DNA of 63,175 bases, counting the filler, from Chiloscyllium plagiosum (lineage: Eukaryota): the NCBI RefSeq assembly GCF_004010195.1. It is 5 parts of one record of this genome, joined end to end, with 100 filler letters (N's around TTAATTAATTAA, not from the genome) between each part and the next. Parts side by side here need not be neighbours in the genome. Positions count along the whole stretch, not along the records: positions 54,438 to 63,175 come from NC_057710.1; 4 more parts are not named here. One strand, written 5' to 3'. The translations under genes were made by a program, and so were the position numbers. Under the pieces are notes generated by a model. The model saw nothing but the letters and a program-made list of their open reading frames with translations, was not told the DNA's origin and made no database searches. Shown one piece after another: positions 58,421 through 63,175 of the stretch. Each line of letters starts with the position of its first letter. Position 1 is the stretch's first letter.

Positions 58421-59210
58421 CCAAGAATCTGCCTTTAACCCTGTACAGTATTCTGTATTCAAATTCGAGCTTCCAAGTGCCAGAAAATGACCAAGCTTTA
58501 ACAAGAGGATCTAACAAATGACCTTTGGCATTCAATGGCATTACTCATAGTGAATCACTAGTGGAATAATAGCCAGACACTGGTAACTTTGTCAACTTTG
58601 ACTATGAGAATGTCATTTAGAATAAGCAGACACTTGGTGTTACACCTGGGCCTGGCTTCTCAAAGATATTATCTGCAGGGTGCACTGCAGAAATTCATCA
58701 AGGTTCCTTAGATACCACTGTCCAAATCCATGACCATTCCCATCTTGAAGGACTAGTGCGCCATTTCCTTTGGAGGATTGCCATCGATATGTTTTCCTCC
58801 AATCCACTCCCCTGACTTGGAAATATATGGCCATTCATGCAGAGTCACTGGGTCAAGCTCTGTAGGGCTACAGCCTAAACTCACAGCTATTAAACTCAAT
58901 CCACCTACTAATGAAAGCCAACACACCACACACTTCCTTAATAACCCTATCCACTTGGGTGGTGGCCTTGAAGGAAAAATGGACATGGACGCCAAGATCC
59001 CTCTGTTGCTCCACACTGCCAAGAATCCTGCCTTTAACCCTGTACAGTATTCTGTATTCAAATGCGAGCTTCCAAGTGCCAGGAAATGACCAATCTTTAA
59101 CAAGAGGATTTAACAAATGCCCTTTGGCGTTCAATGCATTACCCATAGTAAATCCCTACCATCAACATCCTGGGTTTAAGATTAGTCAAACACTAAACTA
59201 GACCAGCCAA
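58421..59210. mobile_element. Mosaic of second-family LINE (+) and CR1 (-) pieces containing a duplicated junction
   Basis: LINE pieces lie at 58640-58855 and 59075-59210, and CR1 at 58860-59075 (GRILGSVEQQRDLGVHVH). 58421-58556 duplicates 59019-59155. Confidence 0.75.
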
Positions 59211-61289
59211 ATATGTATTATGGGTTATGAACCAGCCTATTCAATACATGAAGCTCCACAACAAGAACTTGGGACCCGGAGTAGATGTCAATGATATGAG
59301 GCACAGCCAATGAGTCAACAACCAGCCAACAAATTACTTCATATATCACATTCAATTTCATTGTTGTCTCTGGTGAGATTTACCCCTTGACCTTTGATTT
59401 ATTTCCTCAGTGCTATAACCACCAATCCAATGCATCCAAGTTCATCAAAGTATGCAATATTTTTTAGCTTGTGTGAGTCACATGATACATTGTCTCAAGT
59501 GATATACTGAGTTACAACGATGAGCAAACTGCTGTTGCTGTTCCTAAACTAGAAACTACACTTCAGATCCTAGAATACTCATAAGCAAAGCCATTGCATG
59601 TGCTCTGCGAACTGTAAATGTAGCTTGCAAAAATAAATTACATAAATTACAGCTGAGACCTTTTGTTGTTAAAACAGCAAGACTTTCAGGTTCCAGTACA
59701 AAACAAAGACATAATTCAGGTAAGATTTTACCATCTTGTACATTTTGTAACTCCTAGATGGGTCAGGAGATAAGTTGTAGAATATTTTTGATTCCTATGA
59801 TTTTACCCATAAAAATTTAGCATTTGCAACATACTTCAGCATATTTATTGATGCCTCAATTATGTTGAACAGTTTGCCTTACCAATGAAAGCCAGAAATG
59901 AAGCTGGTTTTGCAGAATTTTCTGTTTAATGTTGTAAAAAGAGTTTTCCTTTGCTTCCCATAGTGTCGATAATTACTCATTTGCTTCCTATTGTGTGAGT
60001 AATTCAACCCAGCATGTATGAGAGCCATGCTATATTACTGACTCTATGGAAAGCTAATGAAATTATTAAGAGCATACATGCTCTTTGAAGTCTTTAGTGC
60101 CTATTTATCTGTTGTAAAGGCCAAATATTTTAAAAAGTACATTACTGCAGAAACAAAATCACAAAGACAGCACACTATTTCCAGTCTCAGGAAACGGTCT
60201 GTGATGCTGAAATTTAAATGAACAGTTATTTCATCAACAGAAAAGAAAATACATGGCAAACACCATTAACCACATGAACAGTGACTTTGAAGTCAAGTGC
60301 AGTTAAACCATTATTAGCATTCCACTGCAATTTGATTCTATTGAAGAATGAATCACTCTTCACATTGTTTAAGGAATGAAATGGAAACAGGAATTTATTT
60401 TGCACAGTGTGTGCAGTCAGTTACAACCCACAAAAAATGTATGCTTGTTAGGGCATGGCTATGAGTTATTGAAGCTTTTGGGAGGTTTTCTTCCTGTTAG
60501 ATTACTCAAGATCTCTCTGACTTTAGTCAGTGGGTTGCATTTCATGCACACTATACCAACTAATGCAGAAGGAGAACCACAAATCATCTTAATCACCTGT
60601 GAACTAGAACAAGGAAGCAGCTAAACAATTGAAATAACCCTGGCAAGAAAAGTCATATGTTTATACAGCTAAACAGCTGTATTGCATGATCAAAGATCCT
60701 GGCAGATTGTGTGACAAGTGCTGGTCCTGAGAGAGAATAGCAGGTGCTTCTTCATGGAGCCAATGCTATTTCTCTTCAGCTGCTCCTCTGCATTCCTACT
60801 TTTCTTCAGCAGTCAATATTTAAGAAGTAACGTGCACTCTGAAACCTCCTGTTAGTGCTCACCCCCAAAGGCACGATGGAAAACTTCTCAACTGCCATGG
60901 CATAAATGTAAATTGCTATGGAAGGTCTCAAACCTGCTCAATGAGTGTCTTACTATATTTGACATAGCTGTTCTGTTCATGGACCTGTATTCAATTGAAT
61001 CGTCTTCATTACGTAAAGACTACTTATGGTTTTTGGATTCTAGATTTAAGAAGAGGGCCAAAATGCTGTGAAAGAAAATTTTGCAGTTTACATTCTGTTA
61101 GACACACTGAGTATTTTGTATGTGATCTTACTCAAGAGGTAGACATCTCAGTCTTGTGTCCAGGGCAGCTTTCTCCAGTGAGAGATGTTTGACCGCTTTT
61201 TTTCAACTATTTGCGTGTGTGAAGCATTGTAACAATGCTTGAAGATAGGATACTAGAAGAATGGGTAGAACAATGAACATAGTCTACTG

Positions 61290-61805
61290 ATTTCTCAGCA
61301 ACAAAACTAAACAAACAGACAAAACATGTCCAGAAACCCTAGCCAATCTCCCCTACATCAAAGACATCTCGGAAATTACTGCCAGACTACTCAGAACCTT
61401 TGGCATCATGGTAGCCTACAAACCCACCAACACACTAAAACAGCAGCTAATGAACTTGAAAGACCCTATACAGACAACAAGCAAAACTAATGTCTGTACA
61501 AAATACCTTGCAAGAACTGTGACAAACATTATATTGGACAAACAGGCAGAAAACTAGCCACCAGGATATATGAACACCAACTAGCCACAAAATGACATGA
61601 CCCTCTCTCACTAGTATCCTTACATACAGATAAGGAAGGATACCATTTCACTAGGACAACACATCCAGCTTAGGACAAGCCAAACAGAATGACGCACGAG
61701 AATTCCTAGAAGCATGGCATTGCAACCAGAACTCTATCAATAAACACATTGAGTTAGACCCTATCTACCTCCCCCTGAGAAAAAGAACAGGAAATGACAT
61801 CACCA
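61290..61805 (+). mobile_element. Penelope-like element (family C) linker + GIY-YIG endonuclease, decayed
   Basis: Reads LPYIKDISEITARLL..VAYKPTNTL..KDP, then YKIPCKNCDKHYIGQTGRKLATRIYEH and AREFLEAWH..NSINKHIELDPIY. Confidence 0.92.
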
Positions 61806-62325
61806 NNNNNNNNNNNNNNNNNNNNNNNNNNNNNNNNNNNNNNNNNNNNNNNNNNNNNNNNNNNNNNNNNNNNNNNNNNNNNNNNNNNNNNNNNNNNNNN
61901 NNNNNNNNNNNNNNNNNNNNNNNNNNNNNNNNNNNNNNNNNNNNNNNNNNNNNNNNNNNNNNNNNNNNNNNNNNNNNNNNNNNNNNNNNNNNNNNNNNNN
62001 NNNNNNNNNNNNNNNNNNNNNNNNNNNNNNNNNNNNNNNNNNNNNNNNNNNNNNNNNNNNNNNNNNNNNNNNNNNNNNNNNNNNNNNNNNNNNNNNNNNN
62101 NNNNNNNNNNNNNNNNNNNNNNNNNNNNNNNNNNNNNNNNNNNNNNNNNNNNNNNNNNNNNNNNNNNNNNNNNNNNNNNNNNNNNNNNNNNNNNNNNNNN
62201 NNNNNNNNNNNNNNNNNNNNNNNNNNNNNNNNNNNNNNNNNNNNNNNNNNNNNNNNNNNNNNNNNNNNNNNNNNNNNNNNNNNNNNNNNNNNNNNNNNNN
62301 NNNNNACTCACTCCATCACAGTCAC
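61806..62325. other. Assembly gap (520 N)
   Basis: Run of N. Confidence 0.99.
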
Positions 62326-63175
62326 CCTGACCCCTCAGACTCACTCCATCATCGTCACATTGACCACCTCACACTCACTCCATCACCATCACCCTGACCC
62401 CCTCATACTCAAAGCTTCTCCATCACACTGACACCCTCACACTCACTCCAGCACCATTTCCCTGACCCGCACACTCACTCCATCACTGTCACCCTGGAAC
62501 CCTCACACTCACGTGATCACAGTCACACTGACTTCTTCACACTTACTCCATCACTGTCACAGTGATCCCCTCACACCCACTCTATCACTGTCAACCTGAC
62601 ACACTCACAGTCACTCCATCACTGTCACACGGACCCCCTCATACTCACTCCATCACTGTCACCCTGAAACCCTCAGACTCACGCCATCACAGTCACACTG
62701 ATCTGTTCACACTCACTGCATCACCGTCACCCTGACAACCCCCACACTCACTCCATCACCACCGTCCTGACCCCCTCACAATCTTTCCATCACTGTCACC
62801 CTGACCTCCTCACACTCCATCACCATCACACTGACAATCTCACACTCACTCCATCACCGTCATACTGATCCCCTCACACTCACTCCATCACCATCACCCT
62901 GACCCCCCTGACACTCACGCGATCAGAGTCACACTTAGCCCCTCACACGCACTCTATCACTGTCACACTGGCCCCCTCACACTCATTCCTTCACCGTCAC
63001 ACTGATCCCCTCAGACTCACTCCATGACCGTCACTCTGAAGCCCTAACCCTCACGCCAATACAGTCACACTGATATGTTCACACTCACTCCATCACCGTC
63101 ACAGTGATCCCATCACATGCACTCCATCATCACCCCCTGACCCCCTCACACTCACTCCATCACTCTAACACTGAT
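62326..63175. repeat. ~34-bp minisatellite, ~25 diverged units, runs off window end
   Basis: Consensus is approximately ACTCACTCCATCACYGTCACMCTGACCCCCTCAC; the + strand is C/A-rich and G-poor. Confidence 0.95.

Noticed and set aside
61754..62344. Long ORFs spanning N runs (also 31929, 46165, 46612 ends)
   Set aside because: Their length is an artefact of translating N as X.
62326..63175. CRISPR array
   Set aside because: The units are contiguous diverged tandem copies with no unique spacers and no cas genes, in a vertebrate context.

Overview
This is vertebrate genomic DNA, very probably from a shark. The inference rests on HE1-type V-SINEs, Deu-type SINEs and shark-type CR1 LINEs. The window is intergenic or deep-intronic, and no host protein-coding exon could be supported. 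It is a dense, nested mosaic of mostly decayed mobile elements: many CR1 LINE pieces, a second CR1/L2-group LINE with a partner SINE, a near-full-length decayed Rex1/Babar LINE, Gypsy integrase and solo-LTR remnants, a PIF/Harbinger transposase remnant, three Penelope-like element (PLE) families and a terminal ~34-bp minisatellite. Four 100-bp artificial spacers (44 N + TTAATTAATTAA + 44 N) and one 520-N gap break contiguity. Four observations stand out. (1) About a dozen minimal hammerhead-ribozyme motifs (CUGANGA-stem II-GAAA + palindromic ACGU/AGCU) occur in three PLE families, including ORF-less ~95-bp units and 200-290-bp fold-back units with their own 10-15-bp target-site duplications. 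(2) A U2 snRNA 5' fragment lacking the branch-point-pairing bases is fused to a Keno/Tx1-like 5'UTR and ORF1 start and joined to a CR1 by microhomology. (3) A class I endogenous retrovirus 5' end has a complete LTR, a tRNA-Pro PBS and a HERV-I-like matrix. (4) An unclassified non-autonomous element carries a Rex1-type 3' end. Family names are recognised from motifs only; no database search was run, and boundaries of old elements are approximate.
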